A stretch of DNA of 64,000 nucleotides from Octopus bimaculoides (taxonomy: Eukaryota). Of the stretch, positions 47,852 through 61,099 are shown piece after piece. A program made the position numbers and the translations under genes. The stretch's first letter is position 1; every line of letters begins with the position of its first letter. The notes beneath the pieces were generated by a model that saw only the letters and a list, made by a program, of their open reading frames with translations, was not told the DNA's origin and did not search any database. Where the stretch lies: the NCBI RefSeq assembly GCF_001194135.2, contig NC_068993.1, positions 35,014,667 through 35,078,666 of the forward strand. The letters are read 5' to 3'.

Positions 47852-48044
47852 AACCTTCTCTTAGACTTTTTACCGGTTGTGTCTCTCTTTTCCTTCTGGC
47901 ACTTATACTCATTTATCCTCTTTTCATATTTTTATTTGTATCAACCGTGCGATGTACTAAAGGAGCCATTCCTTGTCACCTCTCCTGATCGCACGGTCCT
48001 TATATCTATCTATCTCTCTCTCTATATATATATATATATATAAT

Positions 48045-48074
<30 letters not shown>

Positions 48075-48075
<1 letters not shown>

Positions 48076-48240
48076 ACGTGAGAGAGTTAGGGGTTGGGGG
48101 TACAACCCACTAAGGGATAGTATCTATCCAGTATACTGCTGGGAGGGTACCCAATTATTGCTACACTAGTGCTATACTAGGTGCAATCAATGGGAGCGGG
48201 TAAAAGTGGAGGTTTTACCCAAAATTTGTGTAACAATTAG
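48075..48240. repeat. Unclassified repeat fragment with short palindromes
   Basis: GATAGTATCTATC, CAGTATACTG and GGGTAAAA-GTGGAGG-TTTTACCC; cut by the gap at 48241. Confidence 0.35.
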
Positions 48241-49647
48241 NNNNNNNNNNNNNNNNNNNNNNNNNNNNNNNNNNNNNNNNNNNNNNNNNNNNNNNNNNNN
48301 NNNNNNNNNNNNNNNNNNNNNNNNNNNNNNNNNNNNNNNNNNNNNNNNNNNNNNNNNNNNNNNNNNNNNNNNNNNNNNNNNNNNNNNNNNNNNNNNNNNN
48401 NNNNNNNNNNNNNNNNNNNNNNNNNNNNNNNNNNNNNNNNNNNNNNNNNNNNNNNNNNNNNNNNNNNNNNNNNNNNNNNNNNNNNNNNNNNNNNNNNNNN
48501 NNNNNNNNNNNNNNNNNNNNNNNNNNNNNNNNNNNNNNNNNNNNNNNNNNNNNNNNNNNNNNNNNNNNNNNNNNNNNNNNNNNNNNNNNNNNNNNNNNNN
48601 NNNNNNNNNNNNNNNNNNNNNNNNNNNNNNNNNNNNNNNNNNNNNNNNNNNNNNNNNNNNNNNNNNNNNNNNNNNNNNNNNNNNNNNNNNNNNNNNNNNN
48701 NNNNNNNNNNNNNNNNNNNNNNNNNNNNNNNNNNNNNNNNNNNNNNNNNNNNNNTATATATATATATATATATTTTCGTTTATATTTATATAATGGGCAT
48801 TATATTGTAAAAGAGTTTTATCCCTTTTGAATTTATTAATCATATATATATATATATAAATTGTATATCAATCACACATGTATGTAGGTATGTACGTATG
48901 TATATCATAATGAAATGTAAACTATATTAAGAATGCATTAATAATTTTGGGATAATGTAAACATTATCCGATATAGAACTTAAGAAACTGGGTACAGTGG
49001 TTGGATATTTATTTGTTACTTCAGAATTGACAGTCAACTCTGAATTTCATCCTTAGCCAGGTTGTTCAGTACCGTGGCATAACCTAAAGGGTGGATTATC
49101 TTGGGAAGGGTGTAAGTGTTTGTAGGTTTAAGTGTCTTTGAAAACTTATTTTAACTCGGACAGACTGTCATATAACACATACATATATACATACATGTCT
49201 GTGTGTGAAGAACATAGCCAGATCCTACTTTGATACGATATAACAAGTTATAATAATCAGAATAATGATATTAATATCAAGGAAAAACAATAAAATATGC
49301 ATAAAAATTTTAGTACCTAATATCTTATAAACGATAGTCGTCGACGTATTAAGGATAACATCAATTGTAATATGTCGTCTACAAAGATTCTTCTCAATTA
49401 TTCCTTCTGCTTTTTTCCTTCTTCCCAGAGAACAAATTTCGCGAAATGATTTCAATATCCATTTATGAAAGCTTCATTTTAAATTTAGTTGACGATTTGA
49501 TTGTATAAATAGCAAAATCAATTCTAGTTGCACAATCTACTTTAATCATACATTTTCATTCTTAAGAAGCCTAATAATTACAAGAACAATGACATTTACA
49601 ACAACAGCAACAACAAGAACAGCAACAACAACAACAACAACAACAAA

Positions 49648-49694
<47 letters not shown>

Positions 49695-49699
49695 TAATG

Positions 49700-51549
49700 G
49701 GTTATAGGTTCTATGGACAAAAAATAAACCGTTTCCTGTACATGGATGACCTAAAACTTTACGCTAAAAGCACCATGGAACAGAAATCTTATCAAAATTG
49801 TTCAGAGTTTCAGCAAAGACATCGGAATGAGCATGGGGCTGGACAAATGTGCCAGAATCCCACTGAGAAGAGGCATATTAATAAGCACTGAAAACACTGG
49901 ACTCGACATAGACACAGAAATTACAGAATTAGACCACATCCGGCCATACAAATATCTAGGAATAGAAGAAACAGCTAAAATACAACATACAGAAATGAAA
50001 GAGAAAATTAAGAGAGAGTATTACAGAAGAGTTAGGCTAATATTAAACTCTGAATTTAATGATTAAAATAAGATAATAAGGATAAACATGCTAGCCATAC
50101 CAGTCACAGCTTCAACATAATAAAATGGAAGATCAGTGAATTGAGAAACCTGGATAGTAAACCAGAAAACTACTAACAGCTTACCGAAGTTACCGCTGCA
50201 AAGCAGACACAGAAGGAGTCCGTGGCCTGATACAGATAGAAAACAATTATAAAATAACAACAGTTGGACTAGCAAAGTACTTAGAAACAAAGAGAAGACT
50301 ACTGCATGTAGTAAAGCAACATGAGAAGGAAAAAAACCGCTTTTCTCTATACACAAGGAGGTCGCAAAATACAAAACAGAAGCAAAGTACACTGACCTCA
50401 GATGACAACATAGCAGAAATGGGCAAAGGGACAAAAATCAACATGGAAACTGAATTACAAAAGATACTGAAGAAGAAATGGATAAAAAAACAGCTTCATG
50501 GTCAGAACCCTGCAAGGCTTGACAAAGAGGAAGTGAGCCTAAGTAAAAGTCAACAATAGCTCAAAGTCCCAGGACTAAAAGCTGAAACGGAAGGACTGAC
50601 TCTCGCTGCACAAAACCAATGCTTGACAACAGACAATTATAAAAACAAAATAATGACAGAAGCCTCAACACCAAATGCATAATATGCAACCAGCACAATG
50701 AGACAGTTGACCACATCATCTCGGGCTGCCCAGTTCTTGCCAAGTCTGAATATGTATACAGACACAAAGTAAACAGTTATATCCACTGAATAATATGCCA
50801 ACATTACAACATCAAAACTAACAGCAGGTAGTATAAGCATGAGCCAAGCAAGGTACAAGACAAAGATCAGGTCACGATCATTTGGAGTATGCAGGTTCAA
50901 ACCAAGCAAGAAATAAAAGCTAATCGCCCAGACATAATAGTCAAGGATTGGGGGAAGGGAACACTTGCTTACTGACGGACACTGTAGTCACCTCTGATCA
51001 AAATATTGTCAAAACAGAAGTGGATAAATTGTTGAAGTACAAAGACCTCAAAATTGAAGAATTTAAAATGTGGGGCATGACGGTAAAAACAATACCAAAA
51101 ATAATTGGAGTATTGGGCATGATAAAATATGATATGAATAAAACTGTAGAAGCTATACCTTGATCCTCAACACTGCACTGTCCAAAAAATAGCCCTGCTA
51201 AGAACAGCCCACATCCTACACAAGACATTATCAATCCAATAATACAACCTAAACAAAACAACCAACACATGTAAGACACTCTATAAAGCATTTACCCAGT
51301 GAAATAAACTCCCACCAGCAAGCTAGAAAACCAAAGCATTACACCCTCAACACACAATACAAGCAGTTACACAACAAAAGACAGCACCACACCTCAAAGA
51401 AAAAAAGCTAACACAATACAGTACTGGGAAGAGTTCACACACTCCCAACAGCAGTAAAGAACATAAAATGCTGCACACACCCCAGCAACACGGAGGTGAA
51501 GCAGGTGATGCAGTAGAAATTTGCCTCAATCTACCAAATATTGAACAGT

Positions 51550-51552
<3 letters not shown>
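49700..51552 (+). mobile_element. 5'-truncated RLE-type (R4/Dong-like) LINE
   Basis: FLYMDDLKLYAK, YKYLG, CCHC-like CIICNQHNETVDHIISGC, RPDIIV, KYKDLK; ~300-bp 3' UTR; embedded in (AAT)n on both sides. Confidence 0.9.
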
Positions 51553-51588
<36 letters not shown>

Positions 51589-51713
51589 GTAATAGTAATA
51601 ATAATAACAAAAACAACAACAATAATAATACTAATATTACTAATACTACTACCACTACTACTACTACTAATAATAATAATAATAACAACAACAATAATAA
51701 TCATAATAATAAT

Positions 51714-51920
51714 ACTGGTGTCAAATTTTGCCACAAGGGAAGCAATTTTGGGGCAGTGCATGTGTCGATCACATCAGGTCCAGTGTTCAACTGGTACTTA
51801 ACAAATCGATCCGGAAAGTAAAGTCGACTTCGGCGGAATTTGAACTCAGAACGTAATGAGAGGCGAAATGCTGCTAAGCATTCTGCTCGGCGTGCTAACG
51901 ACACTGCCAGCTCGCCGCCT
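51714..51920 (-). mobile_element. SINE family A (well preserved)
   Basis: CpGs retained; head ...CCAGCTCGCCGCCT followed by (TAA)n. Confidence 0.9.
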
Positions 51921-51997
51921 TAATAATAATTATACTAATAATAATAATAATAATAATAATGATAATAATAATAATAATGATAATGATTATGATGATG

Positions 51998-52030
<33 letters not shown>

Positions 52031-52044
52031 GTAACAACAACAAC

Positions 52045-52260
52045 TCTTTCTACTAAAAGGCAGAACGTCCGCAATTTTATGGGGAAGGGCTAGGTCGTTT
52101 ACATTCACCCCAGTGCTCAACTGGTACTCATATCAACTTCGCAAAGATGAAAGGCAAAGTCGACGTCGTCGACATTTGAACTCTGAGCGTATAGAGCCGG
52201 AAGACATGCTGCTTATGTATTTTGTCCGACGCACTAAACATTCTAACTGCCCTCCACCTT
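52045..52260 (-). mobile_element. SINE family A
   Basis: GATGAAAGGCAAAGTCGAC body; (AAT)n on both sides. Confidence 0.85.
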
Positions 52261-52279
52261 AATAATAATAATAATAATA

Positions 52280-55200
52280 ATGACATTGGAATGGAATTTG
52301 ACAGAGGTGAATGAACCTAGTGAAGAGCAATTAGATAATCGAATGGATGAAAGGCAAAGAGATGAAGCATCTATTCAAGCTAAAAGCAATGATTGAAAAT
52401 ACCATGATGCTTAATATAGATAAAGGAAACATTAAGAGAGAATTGCAAAGCAGAGAAATTGAAGAAGAAATCAGAATAGCAGAAGAAATTGTGAAACAAA
52501 TGATAATGAAGAAAGCACCACCAAATTTGAAGAACGCAGATTGCCAAAAAAAAAGAAAGAAATTAGAGAAAATGCAAGTCAACAAAGTCATAGGATACAT
52601 ATAAACTGCGGACATCATTGGAATGAATGAGCTACTCAAAGCAGCTGCATGTGTAACAACTAAACAACTAGGAATAAAAAATTAGACAAGAGGGCACAAC
52701 CAAGAAACACGGTGGAGAAATAAAATAGTTTGGAAGGTTGAAGAATTGCGAAAAGATATGAACAAGTTAGAAAGTTGGAGAAACTGAACTGTGGAACATT
52801 CGAATAAAAGATCAGTTGAAAAGAAAACACAGTATGCAGTAAAGGAATTGAAGATGTAGTTGAAGAGATTAGGAATTATTACACAGTCAGGAAAGCTAGC
52901 AAGATTATTGCAAAATCAGGAAAGCTAGCAAGCTAGAAGGAAAGCTAGCAAGCTAGAAGGAAAGCTAGCAAGCTAGAAGGAAAGCTAGCAAGCTAGAAGG
53001 AAAGCTAGATGAACGTAAAGAACAATTTATACAGAAAAGGATGTTTCAGACGAATAAGAAAATATTGTTCGAAATGTTAGAGAAAGAGATTCAAGACAAT
53101 GGTGTCATACCGAATAGGGAAGAACGTGTACGGTTTTGGGGTGATATCTGGAATCGATCAATTGTGCATACTGATGAAGCTAATTGGATGAAAATGTTGA
53201 GGAGAAGATGAGAGATAAAAACAGACCAAAAAATATCACAGTATCACAGACAGCAATGGAGAAACAAATATGAAAAAGGGAAACTTGAAGTCACTAGGCC
53301 CTATTGGATTGCAAAAATATTGGATTAAAGTATTAACGATATGCCACTTGAGAGTTGTAAGTCAATTTCAAGGATTTCTAAATGTTCCACAATAGAAGAA
53401 CAACTATAGTCTTGAAGAATGTGTCAAAGAGTAATGAAGTGCTAAACTATCCACCAATAACATGTCTACCATTTATGTGGTTTGGGGGTGATATTTGTTT
53501 ACCAATAGAAAACTGTTGACAAGAATAATCGCTGATGAGCTGTACACAGTGTTGGGTAATGAAAGATTATTACCAGGTGAACAGAAGGGTTGTAAACGCA
53601 GGCCAATGGTGTTAAAAGATCAGGTGTTAAACAAGATGCAAAAGAAGGTTAACAGACTAGGAATAGAGTGGATAGATAACAAAAAGGCCTATGATATGGT
53701 GCTTCACAGCTGGAAAGGGATATGTATGGAGATATTTGGTGTAGTAGAGAATGTACAAATATTGCAAAAAAGAAATATAACGGAGTTTTTTTCTGTAGGA
53801 AAGTCATTTGATACAGTAAAAATCGGGAGAGGAATATTTCAGGAACATAGTCTCTTGCGAATTTTGTTTGTGTTAATATTAATTACACTATCGATGATTT
53901 TAAGAGATGTTAAAGCAGAATATGATTTGGGAATTGATGGGGAAGTGGTTAACAACCTACAATACATGAACAATTTAAAGCTTTATGAAAAAAATGAAAA
54001 GCAATTTGGCACACTGGTAAACATGATAAGAATTTTCGGCATTGACACAGGTTTGGAGTTTGGTATCAGTAAATATGACATTTTCATACTGAAGATTGGT
54101 AAGGTAAAACAGAATTAAGGGTTTAAACTGACAAATAATCAGGTAATGAAAAGTTTGGAAGAAAGTCAAGGATACAAGTATTTAGGAATTTTGGAATCAG
54201 ATACCATAAAAAACAGAAATGAAAGAAACTATTTCAAATGAGTACTTCAGAAGGATCAAGTTGACGCTGAAATCTTAGTTAAATTCTGGAAACATTGTAA
54301 AGGCAATAGATTCAAAGGCTGTATCAATTGTGAGATATGTGACAGATCTGCAAGATATTGATTGAAAAACTCAGAAAATAATGACAATTTACGAGGCTTT
54401 TCATAAAAAGGCAGTTGTGGACAAGCTGTACACGAAACGTAAAAATGGAGGAAGGTAAAGTACTATGTGAATATGGAAATGAAAAGTCTCAATCAGTATG
54501 TTAGCTAATGTACTGAAGAATTGCTAGTAGCATTAAGCAATGCAAACATACTAGAAGGACAACTAAAAGATGAAGTACTTGAAAAGAGAAAGCAAAATTA
54601 TATGGAAAAAGTTTATGAAGAACACTGTTGTGAATACAGGTGAAGACACTTGGAATTGATTGAAAAAGGGAATTCTCAAAAACGAGACAGAAGAATTAAT
54701 CATGGCAGCTTAGGATCAAGCACTCTGGAGAATAAGAACAAGATGTAAGGAAGGAATCAATGTATCGCCTTTCTGCAGGCTGTGCAATGAATGAGAGGAA
54801 GCAATGACTCACGTGGTAAATGAATGTTCTAAACTTGCACAGAAACAATGCAAATCTTGGAAACATGATAATGTTGCAAAGATCATCCACTGGGAAATGT
54901 TGAAGAAGTATGAACTTCCACCAGGACACACAGTGACTGGGAATGATGAAGTTAAACTTCTTTGTCTTAGAGTATAACTGACCTGAAATCTTGGTGGTTG
55001 AGAAGAGACATAATTGATGTGGCCTGTTCATTTGATACAAGAATAGAATAAAGAAAATCAGCTAGGTAGATATATACCAGGATCTGAAGAGAAAGATAAG
55101 CATATTGTGGTGTTGCAGAAAAAGTGAGGTCGTACCAATGAGAATTTGAGCCTTAGAAACGACAGGAAAGAGGGTTAAGGACTTTGCAGAAACACTTAGA

Positions 55201-55330
55201 AAACATGTAATTGACCTGCATGTTAGGAACAGCGAAGATAATTCGTAAGTTCTTTGATGACTGAGGTCACAGGTGGTGATTTGTTATCCAAGAGTAAACC
55301 CACCTAAATCTCATCACAGGGCTGACATAC
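52280..55330 (+). mobile_element. Long decayed RLE-type (R4/Dong-like) LINE
   Basis: NYPPITCLP, LPGEQKGC, WIDNKKAYDMV, GRGIFQEHSL, QYMNNLKLY (YMDD lost), YKYLG, CRLCNE*EEAMTHVVNEC. Confidence 0.9.
52921..53008. repeat. Perfect 20-bp tandem repeat (AAAGCTAGCAAGCTAGAAGG) x4 inside the LINE
   Basis: Direct inspection. Confidence 0.95.
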
Positions 55331-55559
55331 AAAATATTTTGAAATAGGCATCTAATGATAGGAATCTAATTCTTGGCATATAAGGAATGCAAAAGAATCA
55401 TTACTTGTACAGGTAAGGAAGGCAGGTCTATTACATATGGAAAAGAGTCAAGATAACATTAATTACAAAATAGAAACAAAGAGGGGAAACAATTGAAAAG
55501 ATAAGAGATATAGGTCGGTTCGTGAGAGAGATATCAAAGGACACAGACCCAAATAAAAG

Positions 55560-56130
55560 ACGGCTGTGGTAGCAAGAAAATATCGTGAAACCTGAAAAGG
55601 AGGCATTGATACATGCAGAACAGCAACAGGAATTAAAATTTAATTATATTAAGCACATAAGTGACCATTCAACAGAATTAGACAACTGCAGAATGTGCGG
55701 TGAAACTAGAGAAGCAGTGTGACAAAGTTTGAGCGAATGCCGCAAATTGGCCGAGAGAGAATTCAAGACAAGGTATGACAATGTCGCAAGAATGATCCAC
55801 TGGGAACTATATGACAAATTTTGAGTGAAAATAGCAAGAAAATGGTATGATCATGAGCCAAAGGGTGTGGTAGAAAATGACAGCATTAAAATCCTTTGGG
55901 ACTTCATGATCCAGTGTGATCATAGAGTTGAACATCAGCCATTTACTATTATATTGGTAGGCAAGAATCGTAGAAAAAGGAGGGAAACTGTGGTCAATAA
56001 AAAGGGTGTATACTGTTCCAATAATTGTCGATGCCCTAGGTAAGGCGAGTAAAAATATAAAATATTGGTTGGAAATGTTAGGAATAAAAATGAAGATAGA
56101 ATATGTCCAGAAAACAGTATTACTTGACAA
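55560..56130 (+). mobile_element. Third RLE-type LINE 3' fragment
   Basis: CRMCGET, RYDNVARMIHWEL, KWYDHEPKGVVENDSIKILWDFMIQCD. Confidence 0.85.
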
Positions 56131-56139
56131 CTTCAGGAG

Positions 56140-56250
56140 AGGACATAAGTCGAAAAGATGAAAGACAAATTTGACCTCAGTAGAATTTGAAGTTGAAATG
56201 AAAAGACGAATAAAAATGGTGTGCTAACTATACTGTCAGCTTGCTACCTT
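56140..56250 (-). mobile_element. SINE family A 5' fragment
   Basis: GATGAAAGACAAATTTGACCTCAGTAGAATTTGAA...GTCAGCTTGCTACCTT. Confidence 0.65.
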
Positions 56251-56261
56251 AATAATGATGG

Positions 56262-56560
56262 TGGTCTCTCCCGTCGAAGACGACGTATGAGCGTTCAGCT
56301 TTTGTCGAACGACCTGCACAAATGATCTGTTTATTGTAATCAAATGTTCGTGCCGCACATTAGCTCACTCTCTCCATCAAATCGACGTTGTCTGAACATG
56401 TGCACTATGTACCACGCGTCAGGTGTCGAAGTGATCGCAGATAAACGTAAGATTAAGCATTTTGCTCAGGAAGACAACACGCCACTCGGTCTAGGAATTG
56501 AAACCACAATCTCGCGGTCGTGAGTGCAGCATCCTAACCACTAAGCCATGCACCCTCACC
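56262..56560 (-). mobile_element. SINE family D
   Basis: Homologous to 41092-41393; CATCCTAACCACTAAGCCATGCACCCTCAC end. Confidence 0.8.
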
Positions 56561-56568
56561 CTTAATAA

Positions 56569-56619
<51 letters not shown>

Positions 56620-56840
56620 TGATGGTTTCAAATTTTGCCACAAGAACAGCCAATTTGAGTGGGGTGGAGGAAAGTCGATTACATCGACTCCAGTGTTTCA
56701 CTGGTACTTAATTTATCGACCCCGAAAGGATGAAAGGCAAAGTCGACCTCAGCGGAATTTGAACTCAGAATGTAGCGACGGACGAAATGCCGCTAAGTAT
56801 TTTACCCGGCGTGCTAACGATCCTGTTAGCTTGCCGTGGC
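56620..56840 (-). mobile_element. SINE family A (best preserved copy)
   Basis: CGACCCCGAAAGGATGAAAGGCAAAGTCGACCTCAGCGGAATTTGAACTCAGAA. Confidence 0.9.
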
Positions 56841-58309
56841 AGAAGGCTATAAATTTCCAAGAAGGATTAATAAAATTGATCTCAGTATTTTATTGGCTCT
56901 TTATTTTATCGAAAGCTAAAATGCAGAATAGATTAAGGTTAGGGATTGCTGATTAGCCAAAGAACAGCTCTATGTTCAAAGACATTCCAACCATGATCAT
57001 ACCTTTTTTTGATGTTATTTAGTCCACGGTGATCCTTGATTTAGCAGAAAGATGTTCAATGACATTCTCGCGTTGATTATCTTTGTTTTGATTTGTATTT
57101 TTAGCTTCTTCAGTTGTCCTCGTTGATTCATACCTAAGTGGGATTACCATAATGGCATGAATATGTCGTGGAGTGTCGGACAAATCCTCATTTCTTTGTT
57201 TTTGCCAGTGTACTAGCGGATTTGGGTTTTCTCAACTTGCACTTCTGCTCAGCTTGTCTGCTTTTGGCCTACTCAGAAACCCATGTACACTTTCATATTA
57301 GGTTGCACCAGTTATAACTTTTACCAACAAGGCTCCCCATGACACTAGATCAATGACACTAGTCTTTTAGAAAGGTCTGCAGATTCAAAACATCTTTATA
57401 ACCTTTTACTGTTCCTCATCGACCAAATGTTTCCCACCCTGCCAACAAAACTAACTGTGGAAAAGACAATTTTATTCTTGTAATGTAAGGAAACCAGCGC
57501 ATCTGGGAACCGCAAATGTGGACGTTGGGTAACAATAAAAGATTGCAAATCTTAGAATGAGGACAGTCATCCCTCAATGAACGTGTAGCATTCTTTGCAG
57601 GCAGTTTAATTAGAATCTATTTCAATTTCTGATAGACCTGCTGTAAAAGTCCATGTGTAACAAGCATACAGTAAAGTTTTCAGACATACTTAAACTTAGA
57701 AAATATTATATAATTTACTCTTCTTGTTTTCTTTTAGCAGAACCAGTGACTACGTAGATGCTCTCTTATTGGCATTGGTGACGGTGTTAGAGAGACAAGA
57801 TATGATAGTGGTGTTGGTATTACTTGGAGAGGCTGTTGTGAAGGTGATGTCGGTGTGTCGGTGAAGAGAATGTTGATGAGAATACGCATATATTAAGTGA
57901 TGTTGAGTCGGCCCAAAAATTTCGAGTGAAAATGAATAGACAGCAACTGCATGAAAGCTCTTCAGAAGGCATGTATCTGTAATTCAAAGAACCAACATTT
58001 TTAGGCACCGTAACATGCTGAGTAATATTGAGAATTACTTTAAGGATACACTTGTGTAAGTACAGTGCTCACTCACACTATAATGTCATGAATTGGTAGT
58101 TCCGATAATCGAGCAGCTAGAACAGTCATCCTCGAAACTGACGGAGGATGTATTTATTATTATTTTTTTCGGTTTTAGAATTTAGAATCATGAAGAGGAG
58201 ATGATCTTGAAGAAAGTGTATTACTATTAGAAAAATTCTGTTGAACAGCAAAATGTTTAAAAGTACAAACCACTTAAAATATCTTGACTAATAGAAAATA
58301 GTTTTGTTG

Positions 58310-59075
58310 GGGAAAACGTATGTACCACTATGTGTATATCTGAGTGTTTGAATGTTTTATGTATTAGTTTGTGGATGTAGTTAGCAACATCTATACGTTT
58401 GCGTGCATATATGTTGTTGTGTGTAGGCATTTATGAATGTGAGTTTGTTAAGTATGTACTTGCATGTATGTTTATGTACGAGTGCTGGTGAATTTGTGCA
58501 TAAGTTTCTTGCTATTAGTTTTCAAAAGTTAGTTTGTTGATGCGCGCATGTACGTGCATATGTTTCAATTTGTGTGTGCTTGTGCACTTGTTTTCATGTT
58601 TGTGCGTCATTTTGTTGATATGTGTGTATAAGGGTTTGTTAGTTTGTTGATGTCTGTGTGTATGAGCGTGAAAGTATAAGAGTGCTTCTGGCTGTAAGTA
58701 TATGCATGAATATGCGTATGTGTTTGTGTGTGAGATAGTTTACGACTGATATAATCAGTGTGTGAGGATATATGTATGAAGTTTGAGGATGTATATTTTA
58801 TGCAAAAATGTGTGTATATTGAGCATGTTTGCGTGAGAGAAAGAAAGTTTGTATATGAGAATTTGTGTCCGACAGAATATGAGTGCACTAGTTTGTGAGT
58901 ACGCATGTGTATGCTTGTGTGTGAACGTGGATTTGTGGGTGTATGAGTTGAATGTGAACAAACACGTGCATGGGATAAAAACTGCATGCGTGTTCACAAA
59001 TACATGTGTACATATGTGTGCATGTATGTGTAGATACATAAGTGAAAAATGCGCGCGCGTGCGTGTGATTTTCTC
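58310..59075. repeat. Degenerate (TG)-rich low-complexity tract
   Basis: ~760 bp of TGTG/TGTA/TGCG periodicity; source of several spurious ORFs. Confidence 0.8.
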
Positions 59076-59751
59076 TTGTATCTGCTATTTTGTTCGACAA
59101 AAGGTGTGTTGGCGAAATATCGAATAATTTCAATTCCAACGAGAAGTAAAATGTCTGACCGTTTTGGGCTGTTGCTCTTTGTCAGAGGGAAAGAAAAAAG
59201 ATAAAAGAAATGGGGAAAGAATCTTCACGTAAATTGAAATTACTGAATATTTCACCAACTTTTCTTGCAGTTTGTTGTAGCTGACATAGCCATTCACCAC
59301 CAGTCCTCTCCTCAGATACTTGACTTTGTAGTTTGTTATTTAGCAAGCGTCATTGATTAAATTCCTGCCGATAAGTTATATATATGCACCAGTACGGTAT
59401 TTCTCATGAGGAAAGGAGGGTTGTGAGTCTTGAAAAGGAAGACGAACAAATCATCATGTTTAATAAAATAGAGATGGTTAAAAAATTTTTAAACTTGACC
59501 AAATTAAATATGCAACTCTGTCTTCTCACTAATGAAGCGTGGAAAGCAAAAATTTCCACAAATATTTTTTGATGGCATGAGGTTGGGTATTTATTAATTT
59601 GATATTCACTGTCTTGAAGTGATGTATGACTTTAGAATGCCACAGGAGACTTGATCTTCTTGTATTATTACTATGGTTAATAATCTGTGGTACTTAAGCA
59701 AACTAAGCAACACGAATTCTGCAAATTCGAGGGTTTTGCAGAACTGGCAAA

Positions 59752-59955
59752 TATTGGTTTCAAATTTTGGCACAAGGCCAGCAATTTCGGAGGAGGGAGT
59801 AAGTCGTTTTGTATCCAACCCATTAATGAACGGGTACTTATTTTATCGACTTCGAAAGGTTGAAAGGCAAAGTCGAACTCAGAACGTAAAGACAGACGAA
59901 ATGCCGCTAAACATTTTGCCCGGCGTGCCAACGATTCTGCTAACTCGCCGCCATA
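59752..59955 (-). mobile_element. SINE family A
   Basis: GGTTTCAAATTTTGGCACAAGGCC tail; CGGCGTGCCAACGATTCTGC head. Confidence 0.9.
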
Positions 59956-60254
59956 GAACAGACGAATGTTAAAATCTTTTCACAGCTTAACGTGTAATTT
60001 TAGAGAAATATTACTGTCTGAATTACCATAGGATGGTATGGGTGTGTTGATTTAGAGAATTGTTATTTTATTTCCAGAATAATATGGAAAGTAAAACGTG
60101 TATATACTTGCGGACAAGCATAGAAACTGACAAAGAGACAGATGCATAAATCGATATATGAATAGACAAAGACGGATGAACATACATACAGATATGCATA
60201 CATGTATGTATGTATGTATGTATGTATGCATACATGCATACATACATACATACA

Positions 60255-60286
<32 letters not shown>

Positions 60287-60824
60287 CGTACAAGAACTTC
60301 AGTATAAAAGTCTGAACTTCGTTAACCGTTGAGTTTCTGGCAAATATTTACACCAACTTTCTGCTATCAGCATTTCCATCTAAGACTTCACCATTAACAT
60401 AAAATCTTCTCCGTAGGTAGTTTAACAACTATAACGTTGACTGTTGGGCCGTTCTATGTCAAAGCCTACGGAAAAATCCACTATATATATATAATCGTTT
60501 AGGAGGTGACTTTATATAAGGCCGTATGTTAGACACGAAGCAATTATATCACAGATGAGCTCTTTGGGCATTTATGAAAACACTAACATAAAATCTGTTA
60601 CATTAACTTTTTGTTTATTTCTTACAAGTACAGTCAAAATATTTTGTCGCCTTGCTGCAACCTGATATAATTCCGCTGTATTTGTCGAAAAACTAGTTAC
60701 TTGCCGATATAAACCGTTTTGCTGCAAGAATTGCAAATATGATTGATTTGCTATATTCGTTACCACAGCAAGGAAAGACATGTAGTAAGCCTTCTTGTGA
60801 TTTGGAAAGACAGAGAATAGCATT

Positions 60825-60960
60825 AATGGTTTTTAATTCAGCTGTCAATTTTGAGGGAGGAGGTTAGTCGATTACATTGACCCCAGCATTTGACTGGCAA
60901 GGTTTTTTTATCGGAGAAATGAAAAGTTAAGATGACCTCAGCAGGATTTCAACTCAGGTG
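60825..60960 (-). mobile_element. SINE family A (partial)
   Basis: GTCGATTACATTGACCCCAG and GACCTCAGCAGGATTTCAACTC. Confidence 0.7.
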
Positions 60961-61099
60961 AGTAACAAGTACTCTTTAGGATGTGCGGTGGTTGGGTATT
61001 GGAGATATTGTATCATTTATGGTGGCTTTTAAGTAGTTCGCAATAGTTTTTTTTTTTTAATTATGAACTGTTCTGCCCCAGTCCAGTACAGGTACACTA

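Noticed and set aside
3626-48843. Long ORF-track entries containing X runs (e.g. 33313-34686, 41347-42378, 15624-16394, 38569-39204)
   Set aside because: They are open only because N-gaps contain no stop codons.
57736-57990. Strong plus-strand acceptor followed by coding-looking sequence
   Set aside because: Every frame closes without a convincing donor; no family recognised.
32-60960. tRNA genes
   Set aside because: The A/B-box motifs belong to SINE heads; no complete cloverleaf was seen.
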